Below, one piece after another: positions 9,847 to 19,761 of a DNA stretch of 64,000 nt. Every line of letters begins with the position of its first letter. The stretch's first letter is position 1. The translations under genes and the position numbers were made by a program. Under the pieces are notes generated by a model that worked only from the letters and a program-made list of their open reading frames with translations, searched no databases and was not told the origin of the DNA. This DNA comes from an uncultured SAR86 cluster bacterium. Lineage in GTDB: Bacteria > Pseudomonadota > Gammaproteobacteria > Magnimaribacterales > Magnimaribacteraceae. Where the stretch lies: positions 57-64,056 of the forward strand of contig CACBUE010000002.1 in assembly GCA_902542325.1 (NCBI GenBank), written 5' to 3'.

Positions 9847-9908
9847 AGATCAGATTCCCTGAGACTTATTTTAGAGGAAATAGTACAATCTACATGTAGC
9901 AAAGACCT

Positions 9909-11003
9909 TTGAATAAGAAAACTTCTCTATATCAAAACCACCTGGAAGCCAAGGCTAAAATGGTAGACTTCCATGGTTGGGATATGCCAATAAATTATGG
10001 CTCTCAAATCGAAGAGCACCACGCAGTGAGACAAGGTTGTGGGATTTTTGATGTATCTCACATGACAATTCTTGACTTCGAAGGCAGCGAATCTGAACTT
10101 TTTGTCAGAAAACTCATTGCAAATGACGTAAGAAAACTTTCAGAGAATTATTCTGGTCTTTATTCTGCTATGTTAAACGATAAAGGCTATGTAATAGATG
10201 ACCTAATAGCTTATCGTATGGATAAGGGGTTTAGACTAGTTGTTAACTGTGCAACTAGAGGTGAAGACTTAAAATGGATATCGGCGAGAGCTAAAGAATA
10301 TGATGTAAACATGATAGAAAGAGAGGATCTATCAATGGTTGCTATTCAAGGTCCACAATCTCCAAGTGTCCTTAAGAACTTTCCTGCACCAATAGATTTT
10401 CTTAAAGAGAAAAAGAGACAGCAAGGAATTTTTCAAGATGATATCTTTGCAGCAAAAACTGGTTACACTGGGGAACTAGGCTTTGAAGTGATACTTCCTA
10501 ATGAAAAAGCCATAGATCTTTGGAATATAGCAATCAGTGAAGGAGCAAAACCAATCGGTCTTGCAGCTAGAGATACACTTAGACTTGAGGCTGGAATGAA
10601 TTTGTATGGTTTTGAGATGGATGAGACTATTTCGCCCTTTGAATGTAATATGGGTTGGACAGTTTGCTGGCAAGATGACCAAAGAGATTTTTTTGGTAAA
10701 GAAAGCTTAATAAAACAAAAAGAATCAAATGATCTTAAAGAACTTGTTGGTATAATTACAGACGAAAAGGTGATACTAAGGCAAGGACAGAAAATACACC
10801 TTGAGGAAGAGAATCATGCTCGCGGAATTGTCACCAGCGGAACCTACTCACCTAGCCTGAAGAAGCCTATAGCATTAGCTAGATTACCAAAAAGTGAAAG
10901 TACTTCTTGTTTTGCTGAAATTAGAGGTAAAAGGGTAAAAGCTAAAATAGGTTCGCCAAAATTTATTAAAGAAGGAAAACTTATTTTCAAGGAAAAAGTA
11001 TGA
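9909..11003 (+). CDS. gcvT: Glycine cleavage system T protein (aminomethyltransferase)
   Basis: MVDFHGWDMPINY, FDVSHM, TGYTGELGFE, ARDTLRLEAG. Confidence 0.96.
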   Translation: MNKKTSLYQNHLEAKAKMVDFHGWDMPINYGSQIEEHHAVRQGCGIFDVSHMTILDFEGSESELFVRKLIANDVRKLSENYSGLYSAMLNDKGYVIDDLIAYRMDKGFRLVVNCATRGEDLKWISARAKEYDVNMIEREDLSMVAIQGPQSPSVLKNFPAPIDFLKEKKRQQGIFQDDIFAAKTGYTGELGFEVILPNEKAIDLWNIAISEGAKPIGLAARDTLRLEAGMNLYGFEMDETISPFECNMGWTVCWQDDQRDFFGKESLIKQKESNDLKELVGIITDEKVILRQGQKIHLEEENHARGIVTSGTYSPSLKKPIALARLPKSESTSCFAEIRGKRVKAKIGSPKFIKEGKLIFKEKV

Positions 11004-11383
11004 GTTCAGATAACGAAGTAAGATATTTATCAAGCCATGAATGGGGCAGAATAGACGAAGACGGAATTCTTACTGTAGGTATCAGCGAACACGCACAAGA
11101 TCTTCTAGGAGATATAGTATTTGTTGAATTGCCAGATGTCGGTGATATGTTAGAAGCTGAGGGAGAGTCCGCAATAGTGGAGTCTGTTAAAGCAGCCTCT
11201 GATGTGTATTCACCTCTTACTGGTGAAGTTGTTGAGATCAATGAAAAGCTACTTGATGAACCGGAAATAATTAACAATTCTCCATTAGAAGATGGTTGGT
11301 TTTTCAAAATTAAAATTGATAATGATCTTCAATTTGCTGACTTGCTAACAGAAGAAGAATATAACGATACTTGCGAAGACTAA
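11000..11383 (+). CDS. gcvH: Glycine cleavage system H protein
   Basis: HEW, LGDIVFVELP, VESVKAASDVYSP (lipoyl Lys). Confidence 0.97.
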   Translation: MSSDNEVRYLSSHEWGRIDEDGILTVGISEHAQDLLGDIVFVELPDVGDMLEAEGESAIVESVKAASDVYSPLTGEVVEINEKLLDEPEIINNSPLEDGWFFKIKIDNDLQFADLLTEEEYNDTCED

Positions 11384-14220
11384 AATTATTGGAAAATTTA
11401 AATAAAATAAATCTCTTTTCAAAACGCCACCTTGGTTCGGGTGAGGCTGATATTAATTATATGCTTCAGGAGGTTGGATACGACTCTATGAGCTCTTTTA
11501 TTGACTCAGTAGTTCCTGGATCAATCCTCAAAAGAAATGCTGTTCAAATAGGCGAAGAAAAGACTGAAGAAGAAGTTCTGGAAGAGTTGAAAGCAATAGC
11601 TTCTAAAAATAAGGTATTCAAAAGTTTTATTGGTCAAGGTCATTATAATAATTTCACACCATCTGTAATCCTTAGAAATGTTTTTGAAAATCCTGGGTGG
11701 TACACCTCGTATACACCCTATCAACCAGAAATATCTCAAGGAAGATTAGAAGCTTTAATTAACTTTCAAACAATGGTTAGTGATCTTACCGCAATGGAAT
11801 TATCTAATGCTTCTTTACTTGATGAAGCAACTGCAGCCGCAGAAGCGATGACACTAGCGAAGCGCTCGTCTAAATCAAAATCTGATTCTTTTTTCGTAGA
11901 TGAAAATAGTTTTCAAAATACAATAAATGTTCTCAAAACTCGAGCCGAGCCTTTGGGTATAAAGCTTATATTTGGTAACCCTACTGATCTTTCAAGCCAT
12001 GAGGTCTTTGGTGCATTCCTTCAGTATCCAGGTTCAAACGGGAAAATTACTGATATGAGCCAACATATTAAATCATGCCATGACCAATCTGCTTTAGCTG
12101 TTATAGGTTCTGATCTTTTGGCATTAACAATCCTTAAACCCCCCGGTGAAATGGGGGCAGATATTGTCATTGGGTCCTCTCAGAGATTTGGCGTACCTTT
12201 AGGGTGCGGAGGACCGCATGCAGCTTTTATGGCAGTTAGCGACAAATTGAAAAGATCCATGCCAGGCAGAATAGTTGGAGCCTCAGTAGATTCCAATGGA
12301 GATGTTGCCTATAGATTAGCTCTCCAAACTAGAGAGCAACATATAAGACGAGAAAAGGCTACAAGTAACATTTGTACTGCTCAGGCATTATTGGCCATTA
12401 TGGCAAGTTTTTATTCGATCTATCATGGCAAAGAGGGGCTGATTGAGATAGCAAATAAAGTTAATCATCTTACTTCTTTGTTAAAAAAGAATCTCGAAGT
12501 GAAGGGTATAGATTGTCTTGAAGATAACTTCTTCGATACCTTAATAATTAGATCTGGCCAACAAACAAAAGAGATACATAAACGCTCCTTAAACAAGAAT
12601 ATAAATCTTAGAAAAATAGATGAAGAACATATAGGTATCTCATTAGATGAGACCACTTCTTCGAAGGATATAGAAGATGTCATAGAAATATTCACAAATC
12701 AAAAAATAGATTTAAATTTAAATTTTGAATCTTCAATCCCAGAGAATCTAAAAAGAACTTCTTCCTTTTTAGATCATGAGGTTTTTAAGAAGTACAGGAC
12801 AGAAACAGAACTTGTAAGATATATTAGGAAATTAAGCGACAAAGATATAGCACTCGATCGAGCTATGATTCCTCTTGGGTCTTGTACTATGAAACTAAAT
12901 GCTACTTCTGAAATGATTCCAGTAAGCTGGCCAGAGTTTTCAAAAATTCATCCATTCGCTCCTAAAGATCAACTCCAAGGGTATACAGAGTTAATAGAGG
13001 ATATGGAAAAGATGCTTGTTGACCTTACTGGATATTCTAAAATTTCTTTGCAACCTAATGCGGGATCACAAGGAGAGTATGCAGGTCTTTTAGCGATAGA
13101 TGCATTTCATAAAAAAAATAATGAATCTCATAGAAATATTTGCTTAATACCTAAGTCTGCACATGGCACTAACCCTGCATCAGCTCAAATGGTAGGCCTT
13201 GAAGTCATACCGGTTGAGTGCGATGAAGAAGGAAATATTGATATTGATGATTTAAAACAAAAAGCAGAGATTCATGAGAAAAATCTTTCTTCTCTAATGA
13301 TAACTTATCCCTCAACACATGGCGTTTTTGAAACAAATGTTAGTGAGGTATGTGATGTTATTCATTCAAAAGGTGCCTTTGTCTATATTGATGGAGCAAA
13401 CTTTAATGCAATGGTTGGAATTTGCTATCCGGGATCCTTTGGTGGAGATGTTTCTCACCTGAATCTTCATAAAACCTTTTGCATTCCACATGGAGGCGGT
13501 GGCCCAGGTATTGGACCAATTGGTGTTGTCGAAAAACTTAGTGATTTTGTCCCTTCACATCATGATGAAAATAGCCCAGCTGTAGGACCGGTCTCTGGTA
13601 CAGATTGGGGAAGCGCAAGTATACTGCCAATAAGTTGGATGTATATGAAGATGATGGGTTCAGAAGGACTGACTCAAGCAACTCAACTGGCCATTCTAAA
13701 TACAAATTACATAGCTAATAGGCTAAAAGATCATTATAAAATTTTATATAAAGGCTCTAATGATTTAGTAGCTCATGAATGTATTATTGATGTTCGTCCA
13801 TTAAAGGAAACAGCAGAAGTTGAAGTAGAGGATATTGCTAAAAGATTAATTGATTATGGATTTCATGCCCCAACAATGTCCTGGCCTGTAGCGGGGACTT
13901 TAATGATTGAACCAACAGAAAGTGAATCTCTGAGTGAAATAGATAGATTCTGTGATGCAATGATTTCAATTAGAAATGAGATAAAAGATATAGAGGATGG
14001 AAAAGTTTCTAACCAAGATAATCTATTAAAGAATTCTCCTCACTGTGCAAAAACTCTTATACAACAAGAATGGGATCATCCCTATACTAGAGCTGAAGCT
14101 GCATTACCTGTGAAGGGCTCACATGAATATAAATACTGGCCACCCATAGGGAGAGTTGATAATGTTTATGGAGATAGAAATTTGATATGTAGTTGCCCTT
14201 CTATGGAAGACTACGAGTAG
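11371..14220 (+). CDS. gcvP: Glycine dehydrogenase (decarboxylating), single-chain P protein
   Basis: YTPYQPEISQGRLE, TREQHIRREKATSNICT, HLNLHKTF. The true start may be the TTG at 11389. Confidence 0.97.
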   Translation: MRRLKLLENLNKINLFSKRHLGSGEADINYMLQEVGYDSMSSFIDSVVPGSILKRNAVQIGEEKTEEEVLEELKAIASKNKVFKSFIGQGHYNNFTPSVILRNVFENPGWYTSYTPYQPEISQGRLEALINFQTMVSDLTAMELSNASLLDEATAAAEAMTLAKRSSKSKSDSFFVDENSFQNTINVLKTRAEPLGIKLIFGNPTDLSSHEVFGAFLQYPGSNGKITDMSQHIKSCHDQSALAVIGSDLLALTILKPPGEMGADIVIGSSQRFGVPLGCGGPHAAFMAVSDKLKRSMPGRIVGASVDSNGDVAYRLALQTREQHIRREKATSNICTAQALLAIMASFYSIYHGKEGLIEIANKVNHLTSLLKKNLEVKGIDCLEDNFFDTLIIRSGQQTKEIHKRSLNKNINLRKIDEEHIGISLDETTSSKDIEDVIEIFTNQKIDLNLNFESSIPENLKRTSSFLDHEVFKKYRTETELVRYIRKLSDKDIALDRAMIPLGSCTMKLNATSEMIPVSWPEFSKIHPFAPKDQLQGYTELIEDMEKMLVDLTGYSKISLQPNAGSQGEYAGLLAIDAFHKKNNESHRNICLIPKSAHGTNPASAQMVGLEVIPVECDEEGNIDIDDLKQKAEIHEKNLSSLMITYPSTHGVFETNVSEVCDVIHSKGAFVYIDGANFNAMVGICYPGSFGGDVSHLNLHKTFCIPHGGGGPGIGPIGVVEKLSDFVPSHHDENSPAVGPVSGTDWGSASILPISWMYMKMMGSEGLTQATQLAILNTNYIANRLKDHYKILYKGSNDLVAHECIIDVRPLKETAEVEVEDIAKRLIDYGFHAPTMSWPVAGTLMIEPTESESLSEIDRFCDAMISIRNEIKDIEDGKVSNQDNLLKNSPHCAKTLIQQEWDHPYTRAEAALPVKGSHEYKYWPPIGRVDNVYGDRNLICSCPSMEDYE

Positions 14221-14872
14221 CATTTCTTCTGCCTTCAACTATCCACTTTCTTTCTTCCGCAACCTTACGTAATTTCTTATCAGGGCTTATAGCCGATGGT
14301 ATGTCTGAAAATTCAAGTAATGGTAAATCGTGAATAGAGTCTGAATAAGCGAATATCTTCTCAAAATGGCTAGATTTCATCCAAATCTTAATTCTTCTAA
14401 CTTTCTCCTTAGAAAAGTTAGGACTTCCTTCAACCTTACCTGTAAATACATTATCTTTATATTGAGGGTCCGTACCAAAACAGGTTTCAATGCCCATTTT
14501 TTGGCCGATAACTTTTACAAGAAAGGTTAAAGACCCAGATGTAAGGATTTTTGTATCGTCCCGATGTTTTAATAATAATTCTTCAGTTAATTCATCAGTA
14601 AGCCTTTCTATAACATCGGAGGTAAATATATCGATTTTATCCTCTAATTCTTTGATACTTTTTCCTACTAATGGGCTGAGTAAGAATTCTGAATACTCAT
14701 CCACATCTAAGTCTCCCTGCCTATAACTTTTTTCAAAACTCTCCATTTTATTGAAAAATTCAGAGTCTTTGATTAGTCCAGCCTTATCCATATATCTCAC
14801 CCACTCACCTTCTGTGTCTCCATCAAAAAGAGTGTCATCTAAATCAAATAAGGCTAAATTCTTTTTTTTCAT
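14201..14872 (-). CDS. HAD-IB family phosphatase (possible histidinol phosphatase)
   Basis: FDLDDTL motif I and YSDSIHDLPLL motif III. Divergent from rppH, as in Pseudomonas. ATG at 14872 preferred over 14911, which overlaps rppH. Confidence 0.8.
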   Translation of the reverse strand: MKKKNLALFDLDDTLFDGDTEGEWVRYMDKAGLIKDSEFFNKMESFEKSYRQGDLDVDEYSEFLLSPLVGKSIKELEDKIDIFTSDVIERLTDELTEELLLKHRDDTKILTSGSLTFLVKVIGQKMGIETCFGTDPQYKDNVFTGKVEGSPNFSKEKVRRIKIWMKSSHFEKIFAYSDSIHDLPLLEFSDIPSAISPDKKLRKVAEERKWIVEGRRNATRSLP

Positions 14873-14898
14873 TATTATATGCAGAACAAGACTGAAGT

Positions 14899-15393
14899 AT
14901 GGAAGCGACATTATACAGACCTAATGCTGGCATTATTATTTTTAATAAAGAAGGTCAGCTACTATGGTGTAAAAGAAAGACTGGAGATGGATGGCAATTT
15001 CCTCAAGGAGGAATAGATGAAGGAGAGACTCCAGAAAATGCTATCTACAGAGAAGCTTATGAGGAAGTAGGACTTGGAGAAGATAAGATCAAAATAATCA
15101 AAGAAAATGAAAAGTGGATAAAGTATGACGTCCCTAAAGATAAAATACCTCGATATTTTTCTTTTAAAAACAGAAAATTTAAAGGTCAATCTCAGAAATG
15201 GTTTCTAGCTCAATTTCTTGGTCATGATAATGACATTGACCTAACTGTCCATAATCAAATTGAATTTACAGAATGGACATGGGCGAGTTATTGGCATCCG
15301 GTATCGGCAGGTGTTGAATTTAAGAAGAATGCTTACAGACAAGTGCTCACTGATTTCCTTCCCTTCTATAAAGATCATATGAGAGCTTATTAG
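14899..15393 (+). CDS. rppH: RNA pyrophosphohydrolase (Nudix)
   Basis: YRPNAGI, WQFPQGGIDEGETPENAIYREAYEEVG, GQSQKWF. Confidence 0.93.
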   Translation: MEATLYRPNAGIIIFNKEGQLLWCKRKTGDGWQFPQGGIDEGETPENAIYREAYEEVGLGEDKIKIIKENEKWIKYDVPKDKIPRYFSFKNRKFKGQSQKWFLAQFLGHDNDIDLTVHNQIEFTEWTWASYWHPVSAGVEFKKNAYRQVLTDFLPFYKDHMRAY

Positions 15394-16163
15394 TCTTTGA
15401 CATTAAATGAGAAATCAACACGAGTCCCTTCTATACCCTCTTTCTGATAAGTGAGTTCTGAAATGTTGACTAAACCAGATGGTTCAGACATAAATACTGT
15501 AGTGCATCGAGTTCCATATATAGGTGATCTTATGAATCTAAAAGGAATTTCTTCTCCATCCCTAACTTGCAGTTCTTTTTTAGTTTTTTCATGAAGATTT
15601 CCGTACTCTTTTCTCATAATATGAAGACCTTTATCTATTGCAAAACCCTCATGAAGAATTTGGTAAAAATCATTCTTAATTGACTCAATTTTTTTTGTTG
15701 AGGAGTTTAAAGTTAAATTTCCTAGGGCATGGATTCCTTCAGGAATAAAAAAAATACCTTCTAGTCGATTGCACAAATAAAATAATCCACTTTTGTCTCC
15801 AATAATTAAATTAAAGCCAGCGTAATTCTCTTTGTTAGGTTCTAGTGCTTCAAGGTAAGACTTTGCAGACAGTTGAGACTCTAGAAATTCCGTTACTAGT
15901 GATCCCCGTGAATTTGAGTACTTGATATCAGTTTCCTCTTTAAGGTTTGTAATTGCACCAAACTTGCCTTCTTTACTAACACCAAGCCATGTTCCTCCAG
16001 CCTCTTCATCTCTTCCTGCAAGCACAATATTGTTTGACCACCATTTCATTCCACTAGTTGGTCTTTCATGATATTCATCGCGGTTTGCGATTATCTTGTA
16101 AAAATAGGAATCTTTACCACTCCAATCTTTACTTTTTTCAACAGATAACGCGATTAAGCACAT
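15390..16163 (-). CDS. NRDE / TANGO2 family protein
   Basis: MCLI N-terminus, ANRDEYHERP, GGTWLG, SRGSLV, YGTR. Confidence 0.9.
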   Translation of the reverse strand: MCLIALSVEKSKDWSGKDSYFYKIIANRDEYHERPTSGMKWWSNNIVLAGRDEEAGGTWLGVSKEGKFGAITNLKEETDIKYSNSRGSLVTEFLESQLSAKSYLEALEPNKENYAGFNLIIGDKSGLFYLCNRLEGIFFIPEGIHALGNLTLNSSTKKIESIKNDFYQILHEGFAIDKGLHIMRKEYGNLHEKTKKELQVRDGEEIPFRFIRSPIYGTRCTTVFMSEPSGLVNISELTYQKEGIEGTRVDFSFNVKD

Positions 16164-16172
16164 AAATTAGAG

Positions 16173-16186
16173 AGTGTAATTACACT
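16173..16186. promoter_or_regulatory. Perfect 14-bp palindrome AGTGTAATTACACT in a divergent promoter region
   Basis: Read directly; lies in the 41-bp spacer between the NRDE and tauE genes. Confidence 0.4.
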
Positions 16187-16204
16187 TGATGTTAAAATAG
16201 ATTT

Positions 16205-16990
16205 TTGGAAATTCTATTATACTTTTTACTTGGAACATTCTCTGGCATCTTGGCTGGTTTATTCGGTATTGGTGGAGGGATAATTATAATTCCAACTTTC
16301 TTCTATATATTCTCTTATCTGCAATTTGCTGACCAAATTCTATCACATATGGTTCTTGGCAGTTCGCTTGGAGTAATAGTCTTTAGCTCCTTATCTTCTA
16401 CTTTCTCTCACAACTTTAGAGGGGCTGTAGATTGGAGTCTCATAAAATTAGTAGCGCCAAGTATAGTGGTTGGATCAGTACTTGGAGGAATCACGGCTGG
16501 TGCCTTAGATAGCGATACGCTTCAGGGATTGGTCGCCTTATTTCTTGTGGTTGCATCCATTCAATTAATCTTTGAGTTCCCTCCACCGCCTCAGAATCCA
16601 AGAACTAACTTAATTGGCCCAGTATTAGCAGGAGGAGGAATAGGGTGGCTATCGGGAGTATTTGGAATCGGAGGGGGTATATTTTCAGTACCGTATTTCT
16701 ATCATAGAGGTTTGCTGATGATGAAAGCCATAGGCACCTCAGCAGCTTGCGGCATACCTATTGCTTTAGCGGGATCCTTATCTTATATGATCATAGGGTA
16801 TGAAAATATAAATCTCCCTGAAAATAGCATTGGTTACATATATTTACCTGCCACTATAATCGTTGGATTAGTTAGCTCACTAACCGCAAAATATGGTGTA
16901 AAAATAGCTCACAGAATGAAACAAAAGAAACTTAGGATTGGGTTTGCCTTTTTAGTTATGCTAATGGCATTGAACCTCTTGATGCGTTAA
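16205..16990 (+). CDS. Sulfite exporter TauE/SafE family membrane protein
   Basis: GLFGIGGG repeated in both halves; AIGTSAA motif. Confidence 0.88.
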   Translation: MEILLYFLLGTFSGILAGLFGIGGGIIIIPTFFYIFSYLQFADQILSHMVLGSSLGVIVFSSLSSTFSHNFRGAVDWSLIKLVAPSIVVGSVLGGITAGALDSDTLQGLVALFLVVASIQLIFEFPPPPQNPRTNLIGPVLAGGGIGWLSGVFGIGGGIFSVPYFYHRGLLMMKAIGTSAACGIPIALAGSLSYMIIGYENINLPENSIGYIYLPATIIVGLVSSLTAKYGVKIAHRMKQKKLRIGFAFLVMLMALNLLMR

Positions 16991-17245
16991 ATGAAAGATA
17001 AAACTCAACAGTATTGGAAGGCAAATTTAAAAATTGTATTTTCACTTCTAGTTATCTGGTTTATTGCTTCCTTTGGATTTGGAATCATCTTCTCCGATAC
17101 TCTGGATCAAATAAGATTAGGCGGATTTAAACTAGGGTTTTGGTTTGCTCAACAAGGTAGCATTTATATATTTGTAATAATCATATTTCTTTATGTGTGG
17201 CTGATGAAGAGGCTTGATAAAAAACTTTCTGAAGAAGAAAAATGA
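16991..17245 (+). CDS. DUF4212 small membrane subunit of a solute symporter
   Basis: YWKANL and GFKLGFWFAQQGSI; directly upstream of an SSS gene. Confidence 0.88.
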   Translation: MKDKTQQYWKANLKIVFSLLVIWFIASFGFGIIFSDTLDQIRLGGFKLGFWFAQQGSIYIFVIIIFLYVWLMKRLDKKLSEEEK

Positions 17246-18990
17246 CTACCCAGCTTCTTACATATGTTTTTGTAGGTGCTACCTTTGCCCTTTATATAGG
17301 AATTGCTTTATGGTCGAGAGCAAGATCAACAAATGATTTTTATGTAGCTGGTAAAGATGTCCATCCAGTGGCAAATGGAATGGCTACTGCCGCAGATTGG
17401 ATGTCTGCGGCTTCCTTTCTTTCTATGGCTGGTTTAATTGCATTCCTGGGCAAAGATGGCTCCGTATATCTAATGGGTTGGACTGGAGGTTATGTTCTAT
17501 TAGCACTTCTTCTTGCGCCATACTTAAGAAAGTTTGGAAAATTTACTGTCCCCGATTTTATAGGTGAACGTTATTATTCCAAGACAGCCAGAAAATTAGC
17601 TGTTGTATGTTTAATATTCATCTCTTTTACCTATATCGCCGGGCAGATGAGAGGTGTAGGAATAGTTTTCTCTAGATTTTTAGAGGTTGATATTAATACA
17701 GGTGTCATAGTCGGAATGGCCATAGTTTTCTTTTATGCAGTTTTAGGAGGCATGAAAGGCATTACATATACCCAAGTAGCTCAATACTGTGTACTAATTT
17801 TTGCTTACTTAGTGCCTGCTATATTTATTTCAATATTGATGACCGGCGAAGTTATTCCACAAATTGGTTTTGGAAGTACTCTAGTTGATAGTCAAGTATA
17901 CCTTCTCGATAAACTAGATCAGGTTACAAAGGATCTAGGTTTCATTGCTTATACTGAAAATGTTAAAAGTAATATTGATATTTTTTGTATAACAGCAGCC
18001 CTAATGTTTGGTACTGCAGGGTTGCCGCATGTCATAGTGAGGTTCTTTACCGTTCCTAGTGTCGGTGCAGCAAGACAATCAGCTGGTTACGCGTTAATTT
18101 TTATAGCACTGTTATACACAACAGCTCCTGCTGTTTCTGCTTTTGCAAGAGTGAATTTAATCGATTCGATTCAAGATCAACCTTATAGCACTTCACCGTC
18201 CTGGTTTAAGAACTGGGAAGAAATAGGTCTAATTGCATGGATGGATAAAAATGAAGACGGAAAAATTCAGTATTCCTCTGGGGATGCTCTGGAAAATGTA
18301 AAACCTTCATATCAAGAACTTAGAGGGTCTAATGGACAGAGACTTCTTGAAAATAAACCTAATTTATCAAATGAAAATGAGATTTATATAGACAGAGATA
18401 TAATCGTTTTAGCAAACCCTGAAATAGCCCAACTTCCTGGCTGGGTTATAGCTTTAGTAGCTGCTGGAGGCCTCGCAGCAGCTCTTTCAACGGCAGCAGG
18501 GCTCCTATTAGTTATATCTTCATCGGTTTCGCATGATCTTTTAAAGAAAACCTATATGCCTCAAATTACTGAAAAACAGGAACTCAAATATGCAAGAATC
18601 GCAGCTGCTGTTGCAATAGGCATAGCTGGCATTTTTGGCATCTATCCTCCGGCATTTGTAGTACAGGTTGTGGCATTTGCCTTTGGACTCGCTGCAGCAA
18701 CATTCTTTCCAGCACTTTTTCTGGGTATATTCTACAAAAGACTAAATAAGGAAGGTGCAATTACCGGCATGCTTGGAGGTCTACTATTTACTGCTTCTTA
18801 TATTATTTATTTCAAATTCATTAATCCAGATATCAATAATTCAGACTTTTGGTTCTTAGGTATCTCGCCTGAGGGAATTGGCTGTATTGGAATGATCTTG
18901 AACTTTGTACTCGCATTAAGTATTTCAATTTTTACCAAACCTCCTCCAAAAGAAGTTTTTGATATTGTGGATGAAATAAGGCAGCCATAA
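17242..18990 (+). CDS. Sodium:solute symporter, ActP-like (probable acetate/monocarboxylate permease)
   Basis: NGMATAADWMSAASF, GTAGLPHVIVRFFTV, AAALSTAAGLLL. Confidence 0.88.
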   Translation: MTTQLLTYVFVGATFALYIGIALWSRARSTNDFYVAGKDVHPVANGMATAADWMSAASFLSMAGLIAFLGKDGSVYLMGWTGGYVLLALLLAPYLRKFGKFTVPDFIGERYYSKTARKLAVVCLIFISFTYIAGQMRGVGIVFSRFLEVDINTGVIVGMAIVFFYAVLGGMKGITYTQVAQYCVLIFAYLVPAIFISILMTGEVIPQIGFGSTLVDSQVYLLDKLDQVTKDLGFIAYTENVKSNIDIFCITAALMFGTAGLPHVIVRFFTVPSVGAARQSAGYALIFIALLYTTAPAVSAFARVNLIDSIQDQPYSTSPSWFKNWEEIGLIAWMDKNEDGKIQYSSGDALENVKPSYQELRGSNGQRLLENKPNLSNENEIYIDRDIIVLANPEIAQLPGWVIALVAAGGLAAALSTAAGLLLVISSSVSHDLLKKTYMPQITEKQELKYARIAAAVAIGIAGIFGIYPPAFVVQVVAFAFGLAAATFFPALFLGIFYKRLNKEGAITGMLGGLLFTASYIIYFKFINPDINNSDFWFLGISPEGIGCIGMILNFVLALSISIFTKPPPKEVFDIVDEIRQP

Positions 18991-19757
18991 TGTTAATTCC
19001 TGAATTAGATCCTGTCGCAATACAATTAGGACCATTAGCAATTAGATGGTATGGCCTGACATGGCTAGCTGCCTTTTCAACTATCTACCTATTAATCAAA
19101 AGATACCAAAAGGACTTAAATGTAAATCAAATCAGTGACCTAATGTTTTATAGTCTTCTAGGTTCGATACTAGGTGGAAGAGCAGGGTATGTTTTCTTCT
19201 ACTCTATAGAGCAATTTACATCTAATCCTTTATCTATTTTCTTTATTTGGCAAGGAGGATTGTCCTTTCATGGAGGTCTTCTGGGAGTTTTAATTGCTTG
19301 CTTCTGGCTATCAAGAAGTTGGGGGGTTCAATTCTTTTGGTTGATGGATAGAGTGGCTCCATTTGTACCTCCAGGACTAGGATTTGTAAGATTGGGAAAC
19401 TTTATGAATTCAGAACTTCTAGGTAGGCCAACTGATGTAAGTTGGGGAGTTATATTTCCTTCCGATCCATTAGGACTAACAAGACATCCATCTCAGTTAT
19501 ACCAGGCTTTTGGAGAAGGCTTAGTGCTTTTTATTTATATGCTACTTATCTCAAGGAATTCAAAGCCTAAAATGAATATTTCTGGACATTTCCTTTTAGG
19601 ATACGGAGTCATTAGATTCGTCTCTGAATTCTTTAGAACGCCGGATCAACATATAGGATTTATTTTTGAAATTCTTACAAGAGGGCAACTTCTTTGCATG
19701 CCAATGATAGTAATTGGTGTCCTTCTAATTTATTATTCATACAGAAAAAATACATGA
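18990..19757 (+). CDS. lgt: Prolipoprotein diacylglyceryl transferase
   Basis: [30 protein letters not shown]. Confidence 0.96.
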   Translation: MLIPELDPVAIQLGPLAIRWYGLTWLAAFSTIYLLIKRYQKDLNVNQISDLMFYSLLGSILGGRAGYVFFYSIEQFTSNPLSIFFIWQGGLSFHGGLLGVLIACFWLSRSWGVQFFWLMDRVAPFVPPGLGFVRLGNFMNSELLGRPTDVSWGVIFPSDPLGLTRHPSQLYQAFGEGLVLFIYMLLISRNSKPKMNISGHFLLGYGVIRFVSEFFRTPDQHIGFIFEILTRGQLLCMPMIVIGVLLIYYSYRKNT

Positions 19758-19761
19758 ATTA

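Noticed and set aside
9688-9908. Glycine riboswitch or 6S RNA upstream of gcvT
   Set aside because: No GGAGA/CCGAAG/CTCTCAGG-type glycine aptamer motifs and no long 6S-like rod could be recognised.
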